Of a stretch of 64,000 nucleotides of DNA, positions 1-10,477 are shown in pieces (positions within the stretch are counted from its first letter, which is position 1; the number at the start of each line of letters is the position of its first letter). A program made the translations under genes and the position numbers. Source of the stretch: an uncultured delta proteobacterium (lineage in GTDB: Bacteria > Desulfobacterota > Desulfomonilia > Desulfomonilales > Desulfomonilaceae). The DNA lies in NCBI GenBank assembly GCA_963789265.1, contig CAWBKB010000007.1, positions 32,001 through 96,000 on the forward strand, written 5' to 3'. Under the pieces are notes generated by a model, which saw nothing but the letters and a program-made list of their open reading frames with translations, did no database searches and was not told the origin of the DNA.

Positions 1-26
1 GAGAAATGCTCGTGGCTCGCGTTTTC

Positions 27-57
27 TGGTGCGCCCGAACAGATTCGAGCCTTCGAC
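27..57 (-). repeat. Degenerate duplicate of the tRNA-Arg 3' end (att-like scar)
   Basis: tggtgcgcccgaacagattcgagccttcgac matches 1301-1331 (tRNA 3' end including CCA) at 25/31 positions in the same orientation. Confidence 0.7.
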
Positions 58-245
58 ATTGCGGAAAGCACTGATCTCTGGCCGCGGCATTTCAGTGTGC
101 CTGCTCTTCGTGTCGATTGAAATTCTTTGAACCGATTCGGAAAAAGTGTGAAGGTTACGCAAGACGGCATCCTGTGTGCCGCGATCAATCAAGAACGCAC
201 GTGATTGAATTTGCCTTCAAGTTTGAAACGGTATAGAGTATTGCC

Positions 246-449
246 ATGACTATTGCGGAACTCAAAGAGGCTATTGAGCAATTGAACGTCGAGGAGAGAG
301 CCCAATTAGAAGCTCTCCTTCATCCCTGCAGCCCCGATGAATGGGATAAGCAGATGGAGGCGGATTTTTCCTCGACCGGAGACTTGGCTTGGCTGGTGAA
401 AGAAGTAGATGAGGACATAAAAACCGGCAAACTGCAAGACATGCCTTGA
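246..449 (+). CDS. Putative antitoxin, small acidic protein
   Basis: 67 aa with DEWDKQMEADF..G.L motif; its stop overlaps the TTG start of the downstream toxin-like ORF. Confidence 0.7.
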   Translation: MTIAELKEAIEQLNVEERAQLEALLHPCSPDEWDKQMEADFSSTGDLAWLVKEVDEDIKTGKLQDMP

Positions 450-787
450 AATCGAAGTGCCACCAACGATTCTGGGATTGTTTTCGCTCCTTCCCTCCTC
501 ATATTCAAAAGCTTGTTAGGGCCAAATATGCTTTATGGGAAAAAGACCCTTTCCATCCGTCCTTTAAATTTCAAGAAATTCAACCTGGGATCTGGCGAAT
601 ACGACTCGGCGATCACTATCGAGCCCTAGCCCGTCGAGAAGGCGATCTCATGGTCTGGTTTTGGATCGGCAATCACGAAGACTACAGTGAAGGCGGTGGC
701 TTCGGCGGCATTTTCGCTCTGCCGGATGAAGCCCGCGGTCGCTGCTGCAAGAGGATCGGAGTCGGTATCGGCGTAGGATGCTGGTGA
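446..787 (+). CDS. RelE/ParE-like toxin; native C-terminus apparently lost near 685
   Basis: Motifs DPFHPSFKF, WRIRLGDHYRAL and WFWIGNHEDY are typical; the sequence after HEDY is unrelated and low-complexity. Confidence 0.7.
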   Translation: MKSKCHQRFWDCFRSFPPHIQKLVRAKYALWEKDPFHPSFKFQEIQPGIWRIRLGDHYRALARREGDLMVWFWIGNHEDYSEGGGFGGIFALPDEARGRCCKRIGVGIGVGCW

Positions 788-881
788 GCCCGCGTTCCGT
801 GCGGGAGAACCGCATCAATAGAGAAAAAACCGCGAACGATGCGGTTCGTCCAGCGTGCCACGGGACTCACCAGCATCCTAC
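773..881. repeat. GTAG-type REP doublet
   Basis: GTAGGATGCTGGTGAG...AACCGCATC / GATGCGGTTC...CTCACCAGCATCCTAC; a related copy lies at 19052-19182. Confidence 0.8.
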
Positions 882-1030
882 CGGCGCCTTTGCATCTTGT
901 GCGGCGCCAGTACTCGGTTGTACTTACTGGGGTCTTCGCCTGAAGACGAGTTTTTTTCTCCCATTCCTCGATGGGGACAATAAATTGAGGCTGCGGAAGC
1001 ACTCGTAGGACGAGATAACCCCCTTGGCGT

Positions 1031-1288
1031 TCACTCGTCCAGATCCCTGAATTCAATCTCAAGTTCTTCTCGGTCCCAGGTGACGCCGGGGCTCCCGTAG
1101 TTCCGGCAATTGACCAGGAACGCTGCCCTGGACACCCCGGCGAGAGCGGCTGCGTGGCCGGAGGTTACCCGCCCCATTTCGAAGAGCTTCGTCGCAAGAG
1201 CTGTTCGGACTTCCGCCTCGAATAGGTCCGGGCTCATATTAAGCATAGCTTGGATGGATTCAGGATAATCTATGCACAGGGTTTTCAT
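1031..1288 (-). CDS. UPF0175-family protein (antitoxin-like HTH), orphan
   Basis: LATKLFEMGRVTSGHAAALAGVSRAAFL signature; no PIN/DUF3368 partner is visible downstream. Confidence 0.8.
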   Translation of the reverse strand: MKTLCIDYPESIQAMLNMSPDLFEAEVRTALATKLFEMGRVTSGHAAALAGVSRAAFLVNCRNYGSPGVTWDREELEIEFRDLDE

Positions 1289-1300
1289 GGTACGATTCTT

Positions 1301-1377
<77 letters not shown>

Positions 1378-1558
1378 GTTGGGCGGTACCGGCCTTCAAT
1401 AATAGCACGTTCAGGAAATGCCGCCAGCACTCTGTCCGTAAGGTCAATGATCCCTTTCACAAGATCCAGAACCGGCTGTTCATCTTGTAAAACCTTTGCT
1501 GAACATTGTCAACAATGAACCGTGGCTTACACTAATCATTCACTTACGGACGGGAAAT

Positions 1559-1645
1559 TGTCATTGCGAGGAGCAAAGCGACGAAGCAATCTCGGTTCTA
1601 GGCGCTCTCCGGAAATGAGATTGCTTCGCTTCGCTCGCAATGACA
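1559..1645. repeat. TGTCATTGCGAG...GAAGCAATCTC palindromic doublet (family that flanks the GIY-YIG gene)
   Basis: Arms 1559-1593 and 1617-1645 match the reverse complements of 24159-24193 (34/35) and 23757-23785 (28/29). Confidence 0.9.
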
Positions 1646-2116
1646 CCGGTTGGAACAGATCGCTGCCCCCGGATAACTGAAAGGATACGGCATACAGCGC
1701 AGCGAGGCATTTGGCGACACAAAATCTTGATCTTGCCAATAGGATTGGTTAGAGTGACCAGGTGGTCATCGGGCGAATATCGCGGCGTTCCAGGGGCTCA
1801 GAATATGTGCCGTCTGGCAATTTCGCTTCCCCGAAACGTGGACTTACAGAGGTTCTCGAAAGCTTTGACGGATTCCCGCTTAGGCAATGCCGTGAGATGA
1901 GGTCTGCCCTTGGTTGGTGGGTCAAGCTTCCAGCCTGTGGCTTACGGACGGGCAGGATGCCCGTGGCCACTGTATCCTTTTCTTTTACCGTGATTACCTT
2001 TCGAGAATCCCTATACACGGCCTTGAAGATTGCCGGAGACGATCTTGGGCGATTGACCGCATTACGCATCAATTCGATTCCAGGTCCACAGTTCCAACGA
2101 AGAAAGGAGGCCTCAA

Positions 2117-3071
2117 TTGCGCCACAGGCTCATACCGGTAGTTATGATAACGGTGATTCTTGCCGTGCCGCTGCTAGCAGCTCGGGAAGCGTTTTCCGGA
2201 AACCGGACGAAGATCCGCTTCGGGGCTTTGCCCGTGCTCCAGGCGCTCCCTTTGTATGTGGCACAGGCGAAAGGTCTTTTTGCAAAAGCATCGCTGAAAG
2301 TGGATATTATTCCTTTCAACGCTGCCGCGGAAAGAGACATCGCGCTGTCGGCACGTAGCTTGGACGGGTACTTCGGCGACCTGATCGCTTCGATGGTGCT
2401 CATAGGTAATGGCCTTGATATCCGTGTGGTTGCCACAAATTACGACAGTCGCAAAGATCGTCGAATGATTGCAGTACCTGGGAAAACCTGGATGTAAGTA
2501 TCACTCTGTAGCGGACTTGGCTGATGTCCCGGTCGCTCTCTCGTCCAATTCGGTGATCGATTTTGTGACCGAGCAGTTACTGACCGCCCGTGGCGTGCCG
2601 GAGAAGCGCGTGGTTTCATTGGAAGCAAAGAACATCGGCCTGCGCATGCAGATGCTCCTTTCAGGACAGGTTGAAGCTGCTACGCTTCCGGAGCCTCTGG
2701 CAACCGCCGCGATTGCCAAGGGCGCGGTCCTTCTCGCGGACGATTCCGGGTTGGGGCCGAGTCAGACTGTTTTGGGGTTCACCGGATCGTTCATAAAGAA
2801 GCATCCCGAGACTGTGAAAGCCTTTCTGAGAGTGCTCAATGAGGCAGCCCGAATAACCGATACGGAACCTGATTCGGTTCGCGCCGTGATGGTCGAGTAT
2901 TGCCGACTTCCCGAGTCCTTGAAACGTGATTACCCTGTGCCCCGCTTTCCGGTCCTGCATGCACCCGACATCGAATCCGTGAATACCGTGGCGGCATGGC
3001 TGAAGAAAAGAGGCGTCATCAAGACCTCGCTTAAATACGGACAGGTGGTGGATGCCGGATTCATCCCTTGA
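2117..3071 (+). CDS. ABC transporter substrate-binding protein (NMT1/SsuA/THI5-like), split by one frameshift near 2477
   Basis: RBS AAGGAGG plus TTG start and signal peptide; ORFs 2117-2497 and 2469-3071 form one continuous substrate-binding protein. Confidence 0.85.
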
Positions 3072-3813
3072 ACTGATCCGCTGCCGAGAAGTCACCAAAA
3101 CGTACCTCTCGGAAGAGGTCCCGATACCCGCGTTATCCGCGACAAATTTGACTCTCGCTGAAGGAGAAACCTTGGCTCTGGTGGGGCCGTCCGGTTGCGG
3201 TAAATCTACTCTGTTGCTTCTGCTGGCGGGGTTGGAACCACCCACTGCGGGTAGCGTTGAGTTCCGAGGGCAACCGCTGAGTCGATCTCACAGGGAGATC
3301 GCCCTTGTGCTTCAGGATTACGGACTGTTCCCCTGGAAAAGCGTGCGAAAGAACGTGGAACTGGGGCTTCGAATCCGTGGTGAGCCGGTAGATCGCGGAC
3401 GCGTCAACCAGTTACTCGCTGAACTGGATATAGGAGAAAAGACCGACGTTTACCCGCAGCAGCTCTCAGGAGGTCAGAAGCAACGTGTCGCTTTGGCCAG
3501 AGCCCTGGTATTGAATCCGTCTCTGCTCCTGCTCGACGAACCCTTCGCTGCCCTCGATACTTTGACCAGGGAACGCCTCCAGGACCTGGTTGCTGAAGTC
3601 TGGCAAAAGCGAAAGTTTGGTATGGTCCTAGTGACTCACAACATCCAGGAGGCAGTACGGTTGGGACAAAGGATTCTGATCATGGGACGTAGCCCGGGAA
3701 GTATTCTAGCTGCTGTCGAGAATCCCACCGCTTGCCGTCCGGATCATCGAGGGTCCGACGAATTCTTCGATCTGTGCAGGCAAGTTCGCAGCATACTGGA
3801 GCAGGCGGAATGA
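3052..3813 (+). CDS. NitT/TauT-family ABC transporter ATP-binding protein
   Basis: Walker A GPSGCGKST, signature LSGGQ, Walker B LLLDEPF. Confidence 0.95.
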   Translation: MPDSSLELIRCREVTKTYLSEEVPIPALSATNLTLAEGETLALVGPSGCGKSTLLLLLAGLEPPTAGSVEFRGQPLSRSHREIALVLQDYGLFPWKSVRKNVELGLRIRGEPVDRGRVNQLLAELDIGEKTDVYPQQLSGGQKQRVALARALVLNPSLLLLDEPFAALDTLTRERLQDLVAEVWQKRKFGMVLVTHNIQEAVRLGQRILIMGRSPGSILAAVENPTACRPDHRGSDEFFDLCRQVRSILEQAE

Positions 3814-4553
3814 GGTCATCCCGATGGGGATATTTATGGGGAGTGGTCCTGTTGCTGGTGCTCTGGCAACTGTGCGCATGGTGGGTGGGCGAAGCTGTCC
3901 TTGCCGGCCCCGTGGCGGTGATGTCCAAGCTGGTGGTGGAAGCGCAGACAGTGAAATTCTGGCGGAACCTTGGCGCTTCCTCCTTGCGGATTTTTGCGGC
4001 CCTTTTGATTTCTTTTTCCACCGCGGTTCCTCTGGGTCTGCTTCTCGGGTCCAGTCCTCGCCTCGACCGGCTGGCCAGGCCGTTGATATACCTCACCTAC
4101 CCCGTTCCCAAGATCGTACTCCTGCCGCTGGTATTGCTGATTTTCGGCTTAGGAGACCTCGGTAAGATTGCGATGCTCTCCATCATTCTATTTTTTCAAT
4201 TGCTCATCACAACACGGGACGCCGCCCGCGGGGTAAGCCGGTCGGCCAGGTATTCACTCTACAGTTTAGGCGGTACCAAGCGGCACCTGTTCGTTCACGT
4301 GATCTGGCCTTCGAGTTTGCCCGCGGTCTTCACTGCACTACGTATAGCCACCGGCACGGTAGTTGCGGTGCTATTCTTTGTCGAGTCCATTGGAACTCGC
4401 TACGGCATGGGGTTCTACATTTTGGATGCCTGGGGCCGCGCGGACGTGCCGCAGATTTTTGTAGGGATCGTGGTGCTGGCTCTGCTCGGAGTTTCTTTGT
4501 ATGAAACGTTCGATATTTTGGAACGGATTTTTTGTAGATGGCATCAACTATAA
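3810..4553 (+). CDS. NitT/TauT-family ABC transporter permease
   Basis: Multiple TM helices, YPVPKIVLLP and EAA-like loop; ATG overlaps the upstream stop (ATGA). Confidence 0.92.
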   Translation: MRSSRWGYLWGVVLLLVLWQLCAWWVGEAVLAGPVAVMSKLVVEAQTVKFWRNLGASSLRIFAALLISFSTAVPLGLLLGSSPRLDRLARPLIYLTYPVPKIVLLPLVLLIFGLGDLGKIAMLSIILFFQLLITTRDAARGVSRSARYSLYSLGGTKRHLFVHVIWPSSLPAVFTALRIATGTVVAVLFFVESIGTRYGMGFYILDAWGRADVPQIFVGIVVLALLGVSLYETFDILERIFCRWHQL

Positions 4554-4580
4554 ACATGAAACCTTGCGGAGGAAACGGAT

Positions 4581-5141
4581 TTGAAGGCTGACCGTGAAAA
4601 GTGGGATTCGCGCTATGCCGGGGAGGCCGGATCATTTCCCGCACCTGACGAATTCCTGATCGGGCACCAGGCACTCTTGAAACCTAGCCGCGCTTTGGAC
4701 GTGGCCTGTGGCCGAGGCGGCAACGCCATTTTTCTTGCCGAGCGAGGGTATAGCGTTGATGCAGTGGACATTAGTTTTCAGGCCCTTAATCCGCTCCATG
4801 CCGAGGCTGTCCGCCGTAAGCTTGACATACACTGTGTGGTTGCGGACCTTGATCGCTACTTTATTCCTAATGATGTCTACGATCTTGTGATCGTGTTCTA
4901 CTACTTTTCAAAGCCGCTGATGAGAAGTATGAAAGGCGCTCTCAAAGAAGGGGGCTTGATCTTCTACTCGACCTTCAACGACAGGCATACAAGTGTCAGA
5001 CCGGAGTTCAATCCCGCTTACCTGGTGTCCGCCGAACGTTTGCTTTCTTATTTTGATGATTTTGATCTAGTGGTTTATGAGCCTGCCGCAGGTGAGCACC
5101 GGAATGTTTCGCGGCTAATTGCTCGAAAGCAGGGCCGCTGA
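4581..5141 (+). CDS. Class I SAM-dependent methyltransferase (TehB-like)
   Basis: ALDVACGRGGNA motif I, AVDIS, YDLVIVFYY. Confidence 0.9.
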   Translation: MKADREKWDSRYAGEAGSFPAPDEFLIGHQALLKPSRALDVACGRGGNAIFLAERGYSVDAVDISFQALNPLHAEAVRRKLDIHCVVADLDRYFIPNDVYDLVIVFYYFSKPLMRSMKGALKEGGLIFYSTFNDRHTSVRPEFNPAYLVSAERLLSYFDDFDLVVYEPAAGEHRNVSRLIARKQGR

Positions 5142-5223
5142 CTTTTTGTTGACAGATCGAGGTTGCAAACGTTACCCTAATTAGGGGAAGAATTGTTTAA
5201 TTTTATGCGATAAGGAGCTGATC

Positions 5224-5361
5224 ATGGTTGTGAGATGGCACCCTATCATGGAGTTGATTGCCGGCATATTAATTCTGATTTGGCCGAGGCTGGTTTCTTA
5301 CGTTATAGGTATTTACCTCATTGTAGTAGGGATCATGGGGTTAGCGGGCGGAAGATTTTAG
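5224..5361 (+). CDS. DUF3096-like small membrane protein (45 aa; not in the ORF track)
   Basis: MVVRWHPIMELIAGILILIWPRLVSYVIGIYLIVVGIMGLAGGRF; RBS TAAGGAG at 5211. Confidence 0.8.
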   Translation: MVVRWHPIMELIAGILILIWPRLVSYVIGIYLIVVGIMGLAGGRF

Positions 5362-5481
5362 CCGCGAAGCCTTGCTGAGCCGAAATGCCCATGCGGCACA
5401 GGAGCCGGAGGAGTCGGTCACTCCAGTCGGAGGGTCTTTTTGCGCCCGGACACGTACAGGGCATCTGTTAGGCACAACTGA

Positions 5482-5689
5482 TACCGGTTCGCGCTCGAAT
5501 AAGTGAGACCCGGCAAACACCGGACGGCACTGTCCTGGCTACCATGACGGTGCTCAGGTCATCGGCACCCAGAAACGATTCTTGAGATCCCAGGTACCAT
5601 CCCGCGTCTCGTGCGAGGCTTTGTCAGATCCGTGCTGTATTTATCGTTTGATAGCGAACTAATATCACTTGCATGAAAGCGAAATGGTA
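5482..5689. mobile_element. MITE-like element with ~25-bp imperfect TIRs (TACC..TTCGC...AAGTGA)
   Basis: Left end TACCGGTTCGCGCTCGAATAAGTGA, right end TCACTTGCATGAAAGCGAAATGGTA; related ends at 18899, 60958/61046 and 62833/63112. Confidence 0.6.
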
Positions 5690-5696
5690 CGAATTG

Positions 5697-5864
5697 TTAC
5701 CCATCGAGGTATTGCTCAAGGGCAGACACGTCTATACATTCCTTGAGCTCTTCTTCAGTCGCGTCCTCGGGGTCCTTTAGGGCGTCCCTTGGGCATAGGA
5801 ACTTCTTTCCAGCGCCGTCATCGACCCACGCATAGGTCTTGGATTTGTCTTTGGATTCTGCCAT
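5697..5864 (-). CDS. Small hypothetical protein (55 aa; not in the ORF track)
   Basis: MAESKDKSKTYAWVDDGAGKKFLCPRDALKDPEDATEEELKECIDVSALEQYLDG; AGGAGA RBS upstream. Confidence 0.75.
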   Translation of the reverse strand: MAESKDKSKTYAWVDDGAGKKFLCPRDALKDPEDATEEELKECIDVSALEQYLDG

Positions 5865-6072
5865 TCCGGATTCTCCTATCTACTGGTAGTACTATATCCA
5901 GCGATCCTCAAAAGGCAAGATTTGTTGGACAGGCAACAGGAGCGCCAATTGCCATGCGAGCTTTAGCGCCCGGAATAGGCATGCCGCGTGCGCACCTCTT
6001 GACCGTGCGGGCTTCTTTCACTAACATGCGATGATTGCAATACGTTTGCCCGCTTATTAAGGAATTTGGTAC

Positions 6073-7434
6073 ATGGACCAAGCCGCCGATCGCAAGGAGG
6101 ACCAGCCTGTGGCTTCTCAGCGGCCCGGGAGAAGATCCGAACCGGCAACGATTTCTGCCCCCACCACCGCTGGGCCGTATTTTGCAGGCCGGTCGCCGTA
6201 TGCTTTTCTCCTGGTACTAGCTCTCATTGGAACTTTTGCCACCGGCTTTCTCACATATCGGCACATCGTTCTCACGAGTCATTTTGGTGCCGCCGGCGAG
6301 TCGGCCCTATGCCCCGCACATGGGAACGTCAATTGTGATGCGATCCTGATGACGGACTATGCGGTCCTGTTCCGATATTTTTCGTCAGCGGCGCTGGGAT
6401 TGGCAGGATTTGTTCTTGTCCTTTGGCTCCTCGTCAATGCCCTTTTCAACGAGCGTATCAGAAAATTATCGTGGGCTTGCCTTGTAGTCTACTTTTTCGC
6501 TGCCATCGGTTTCAGTTGGTACTTCGCGTATATCATGGTGTTTGAAGTGGATTTCATTTGCACCTGGTGCATTGTGGTTCACGTTCTTAACGTGATTTCA
6601 CTCATTTTCGTGATAATCGTTTCCATGAGGAAGCGGAAAGAGTTTCTCCTGCCGGAAATCTCGACATTCGGGGAAAGGGCCTATTTCGTCGTGGGCGGCG
6701 TGTTGATATCCCTGTCGATCTTCCTGGGGTCGGGACTGGTGGAGAAGAGCCTGAGCTTCGACGACGCAAAAGCCAAATACGAGGAGATAGCCAACGATCC
6801 AGTGGTAATCTCCGCAATGCTGAATGCTTCGGAAAATTACCAGATCCCGGTGTCTGCCCGAGATCCTGTTTACGGATCTAGTGGAGCCCCTTACCCGATT
6901 ATCTTTTTCGGTGACTTCCAATGCCCCGTTTGTGCGGGGATGGAAAAGTTCGTTCGCAGACTAGTGGATATAAATCCTGGGGTGTTGAAACTGGTTTACA
7001 AAAACTATCCACTGTCCCTGGATTGCAATCCGATCCTACTCGGCAACCCGCATCCGATGGCCTGCACCGCGGCTCGTGCCGGGTACGCGGCTTTTCTTCT
7101 GGGCGGGCCAACTTCGTTTTGGCGGTATGCGAACCTTCTTTTTGAGAATCGGAGGCACTTGAACCGCGATCCATGGTCGGACTTTGCCCGACGGATCGGC
7201 CTCGAGCCTCGAAAGTTCCAGCCATTGATGGGCCCGGGAGGTCCGGCGGAGAAGAAAGTGAAGGAGGACATAGACCTCGGGATAAAGCTTAAGCTATCCG
7301 CTACACCTCAGATTTTCTTTGAAGGAAAAAAGATCCCGGAGAATTTGAAAGGGGAGTTCTTCATTGACACGCTGGAGCAGTTGGTCCGGGGCCACCATCC
7401 TGACAAAAAAGACTTCAAACTCAAAAGACGCTAA
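6073..7434 (+). CDS. VKOR-DsbA/thioredoxin fusion (disulfide bond formation)
   Basis: VKOR loop Cys pair (LCPAHGNVNC) and CTWC motif; thioredoxin-fold FGDFQCPVC and cis-Pro ATP. Confidence 0.92.
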   Translation: MDQAADRKEDQPVASQRPGRRSEPATISAPTTAGPYFAGRSPYAFLLVLALIGTFATGFLTYRHIVLTSHFGAAGESALCPAHGNVNCDAILMTDYAVLFRYFSSAALGLAGFVLVLWLLVNALFNERIRKLSWACLVVYFFAAIGFSWYFAYIMVFEVDFICTWCIVVHVLNVISLIFVIIVSMRKRKEFLLPEISTFGERAYFVVGGVLISLSIFLGSGLVEKSLSFDDAKAKYEEIANDPVVISAMLNASENYQIPVSARDPVYGSSGAPYPIIFFGDFQCPVCAGMEKFVRRLVDINPGVLKLVYKNYPLSLDCNPILLGNPHPMACTAARAGYAAFLLGGPTSFWRYANLLFENRRHLNRDPWSDFARRIGLEPRKFQPLMGPGGPAEKKVKEDIDLGIKLKLSATPQIFFEGKKIPENLKGEFFIDTLEQLVRGHHPDKKDFKLKRR

Positions 7435-7544
7435 CCGGGGCCTCGGCTCGTGCAGGAGCCCGGCATGCGCTTAATCAAGCGAATCCACAGTGTGGACAAT
7501 TTCAATGCGCGCCGATATTGGTGTTGCAAAAGGAGATCAGGAGA

Positions 7545-8216
7545 ATGTCCTCAAACAAAACCAGCTCTTTTAATCTGGGGAGCCTCAAGACTACAGCCAT
7601 GTTGTTGGCAATTTTGATTGTCGTCGGCCTGGCCCCGCGTTCTTCTTCAGCAAAGACAGATTTTCTCCCGCCTGAAATTAGGGACTTGGAGTTGGGAATA
7701 ACGTTGTCTCAGGTGATTGATAGAATCAAGGATTCCGGCACGCATTCGATGATCCCCATCGCCAAAGGGATGAGGAAGAAACTTATCTGGCCTCTGGCGA
7801 ACAGCTTGTATTACAAGCGAGTGGAGTTCGAATTTACCGAAAAGGATCACCTGTACTTGATGCGTTTCGTCCTCAATGATGAACTGAGGTGGAATTTGAC
7901 GTCACTGAAGAAACAATTCTTCGACAGGTACCACATTTCATGGGAGCACCCCGGCAGATTTCGGGCAAAGAACAATGACGTGATCGTTTATGTACCTGCT
8001 GAAGGGAAGTACAATTTTTTCGAGCTGAGAAATGTCGCCACGGGGGAGAATTCCTTCGAACTTTTCAATCAATTCATCAGCGCGCAGGACCGCCGACACG
8101 TTAAGGCCAAGGTTAGCGCCCCGAATCAGGTGGGAACGGCGACAACTGCCGCTCCTGTAAAAGGAAATGTTCCCAATTCGAAAGTGGAGAAGGAGCCCAA
8201 GCCACAAGGGAAATAA
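7545..8216 (+). CDS. Hypothetical exported protein
   Basis: AGGAGA RBS, signal-peptide-like N-terminus, long ORF. Confidence 0.7.
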   Translation: MSSNKTSSFNLGSLKTTAMLLAILIVVGLAPRSSSAKTDFLPPEIRDLELGITLSQVIDRIKDSGTHSMIPIAKGMRKKLIWPLANSLYYKRVEFEFTEKDHLYLMRFVLNDELRWNLTSLKKQFFDRYHISWEHPGRFRAKNNDVIVYVPAEGKYNFFELRNVATGENSFELFNQFISAQDRRHVKAKVSAPNQVGTATTAAPVKGNVPNSKVEKEPKPQGK

Positions 8217-8417
8217 TGAGACCCCTTCTTCATATTGAAAGTTTTGAAAGAAAACCGTAGGGCTCTTTTCGGCTCCCACGCGGAAGGATGCCAAACTATT
8301 CCTGGTTCCCAGGCGGATCCTGGGAACGAGAGAAGTTCTGAGAGAAATTCTCAGAGCTTCTTTTCAGCTTCCATGCGAAACCACGCCAAACTGATCCGGC
8401 CAAATCGCTACGGGAGT

Positions 8418-10445
8418 TCATCTTCTCGGCTGCGTACCGGGTTCAGACTCGATAATACTCAGCCTCGCATTTAGCCTTCGCAGATTTTCCCAGGCATCTT
8501 TCAAATCGGGCTGAATCTCCAGCGCTTTATGGAAATGTTTTGCCGCTTCGTCAAACGCGCCGACATTCATGTAAATTGCGCCAATAGCATTGTGGGCCAG
8601 TGCCAAGCCAGGGTCGATTTCGATTGCTTTGCTGAGATGTTCCAGAGAAGCACCAGGCCGCCCTGCCGCCAACAAGGCGAAACCAAGATTTGCATGCGAT
8701 TTGGCCGACCGCGGATCTATTTGCACGGCCTTCTGGAAATCCTGTATCGCTTGCTCGATCTTTCCCAATTTCATGTACGCTGCGCCCCGATTCATGTACG
8801 GTTTGGATTGTGCCGGTTCAATAGCGATTGCCCGGCCGAACAACTTTAACGCCTCTTCGTAATTTCCGAGGCCGAGAAAGGCGTTTCCGAGATTGTTGTA
8901 GGGATCCGCGAAGTTGGGCTTAATTCTCATTGCTTTGCGAAATGACCGCATTCCTTCCTGCGTCTTGCCCATCCGCATCAAATTTTCACCAAGATTGTTG
9001 TAAGCATAGGCATTGTCAGGTTTAAGCTCTATAGATTTTGACAGGTGAACCATTGCATCCTGAAGCTGGCCCGCCAACATCAACTCAGTCCCTAGACCAA
9101 ACTGTACCGCATAGGAAACCGGATTCTTTTTGAAATTGTCTTGCCATAGAATCATGGGGCTCTCCCAGATTTTCACTTGTTGCCAGGTTTGGAGAACGAT
9201 AAACACGAAATAACACGATGCGGCAGCAATCGACATCTTTCCAATCGGCCTTTGTGCTAGACCGATCAAGTAAGCTACCGGAAGTGCAAGAAGAAAAGAA
9301 GCGCCAATCATGGAAATATACATGAAGTGATTCGCAACAAATGAGTGTTGCTGGTAACCGAAGGAAACGATTCCAATTGCGGGGGCTAGCGGAACAAGAA
9401 GATTTACCAAACCCCATATTGCGTATTTGTTCAAATGACCGCGAAACTTGAAGAGCAATGCTGCACAACCGAACAAAGCTATCAAAGGGATCCACCACCA
9501 GAAGTTGGATGGATCCACATGCCACCGCGGATAAATAAAAGTCATGCCGATCGGCAGCAAAGTTTCCCAAATATAAAACCAAACGGCAGAAGCTGCTATA
9601 AGCACTCGATGCAACAAAACGAAGCCGGCAAGGGATGCCCCTTCTGACTTGATGGACAGGACAGAGAAACCCAATGATATCAAAAAGAATGGAAGCACGG
9701 CAATCAACTTTGCCAACCAGAGCCTGCCATCGACCTCTTCACGGATATGTCGTTCTCCGACCGGCGACTCCATCGGTGCAAAAGAAGAGCACTCTCCAAC
9801 TTGGCGCGGGCTGCGTGTAGGAAATACTCGCAGGTAATCGCTGAGCAAGAGAACCACCGGCAAGACGCACACCGTTGGTTTGGTAAGAAGCCCTGCTGTG
9901 AAAGCGACAAGCGAAATTTCGTAGTGGAGCCAGCGACTCTCCCTCCTAAATCTGATGTATGAGATATAAGCGACCAGATAAAACGTTAACGACATCACGG
10001 TCTTCCGCTCGGCAAACCACAGAACCGACGAAACCTGAATGGGATGAATCAAGAAAAATAATACGGTCATGAGAGTGAGCACGAAATCAATTTCCAGACT
10101 ATCGAGTAAAAAGTAGATCAATATGCCGTTCAAGCAATGAATAATCAAATTCATGAATAGCGTGAAGCGAGGCGCCGATACATCCGAACCGATAAGCCAT
10201 TTGTCCGCCATAAGGCTTATCGACCCAAGCGGCGCATAATAGCCGGGGACAACCTTGCCGGCAAAGTCTAATAATAGAAGGCGTGAAGTTTCAAAAAAGT
10301 TCTTACTGTCCAACACTTTGGAATAGCTGAGCGCATCCAGACCGCTAAAGGAGTTCCCCAGCTTGGGAATGTAGATTAGACAGGTCAATGCCATCGCAAG
10401 TGCGAGCAGCATTAGTTGAGTTCGCTTCGGGATTTTCATCAACAT
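8418..10445 (-). CDS. TMTC-like membrane glycosyltransferase (GT-C) with C-terminal TPRs
   Basis: HPIQVSSVLWFAERK, LLTKPTVCVLP and NHFMY motifs; many TM helices; multiple TPRs. Confidence 0.85.
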   Translation of the reverse strand: MLMKIPKRTQLMLLALAMALTCLIYIPKLGNSFSGLDALSYSKVLDSKNFFETSRLLLLDFAGKVVPGYYAPLGSISLMADKWLIGSDVSAPRFTLFMNLIIHCLNGILIYFLLDSLEIDFVLTLMTVLFFLIHPIQVSSVLWFAERKTVMSLTFYLVAYISYIRFRRESRWLHYEISLVAFTAGLLTKPTVCVLPVVLLLSDYLRVFPTRSPRQVGECSSFAPMESPVGERHIREEVDGRLWLAKLIAVLPFFLISLGFSVLSIKSEGASLAGFVLLHRVLIAASAVWFYIWETLLPIGMTFIYPRWHVDPSNFWWWIPLIALFGCAALLFKFRGHLNKYAIWGLVNLLVPLAPAIGIVSFGYQQHSFVANHFMYISMIGASFLLALPVAYLIGLAQRPIGKMSIAAASCYFVFIVLQTWQQVKIWESPMILWQDNFKKNPVSYAVQFGLGTELMLAGQLQDAMVHLSKSIELKPDNAYAYNNLGENLMRMGKTQEGMRSFRKAMRIKPNFADPYNNLGNAFLGLGNYEEALKLFGRAIAIEPAQSKPYMNRGAAYMKLGKIEQAIQDFQKAVQIDPRSAKSHANLGFALLAAGRPGASLEHLSKAIEIDPGLALAHNAIGAIYMNVGAFDEAAKHFHKALEIQPDLKDAWENLRRLNARLSIIESEPGTQPRR

Positions 10446-10477
10446 TCTCCTGGGAACAAGCCGATCCTTACATATAT

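Noticed and set aside
682..1062. Possible PIN/DUF3368 toxin partner of the UPF0175 gene
   Set aside because: No PIN motifs in the frames examined; much of the region is a REP doublet
1646..2116. Riboswitch (TPP/SAM) upstream of the ABC transporter
   Set aside because: No recognisable consensus; the region contains REP fragments instead
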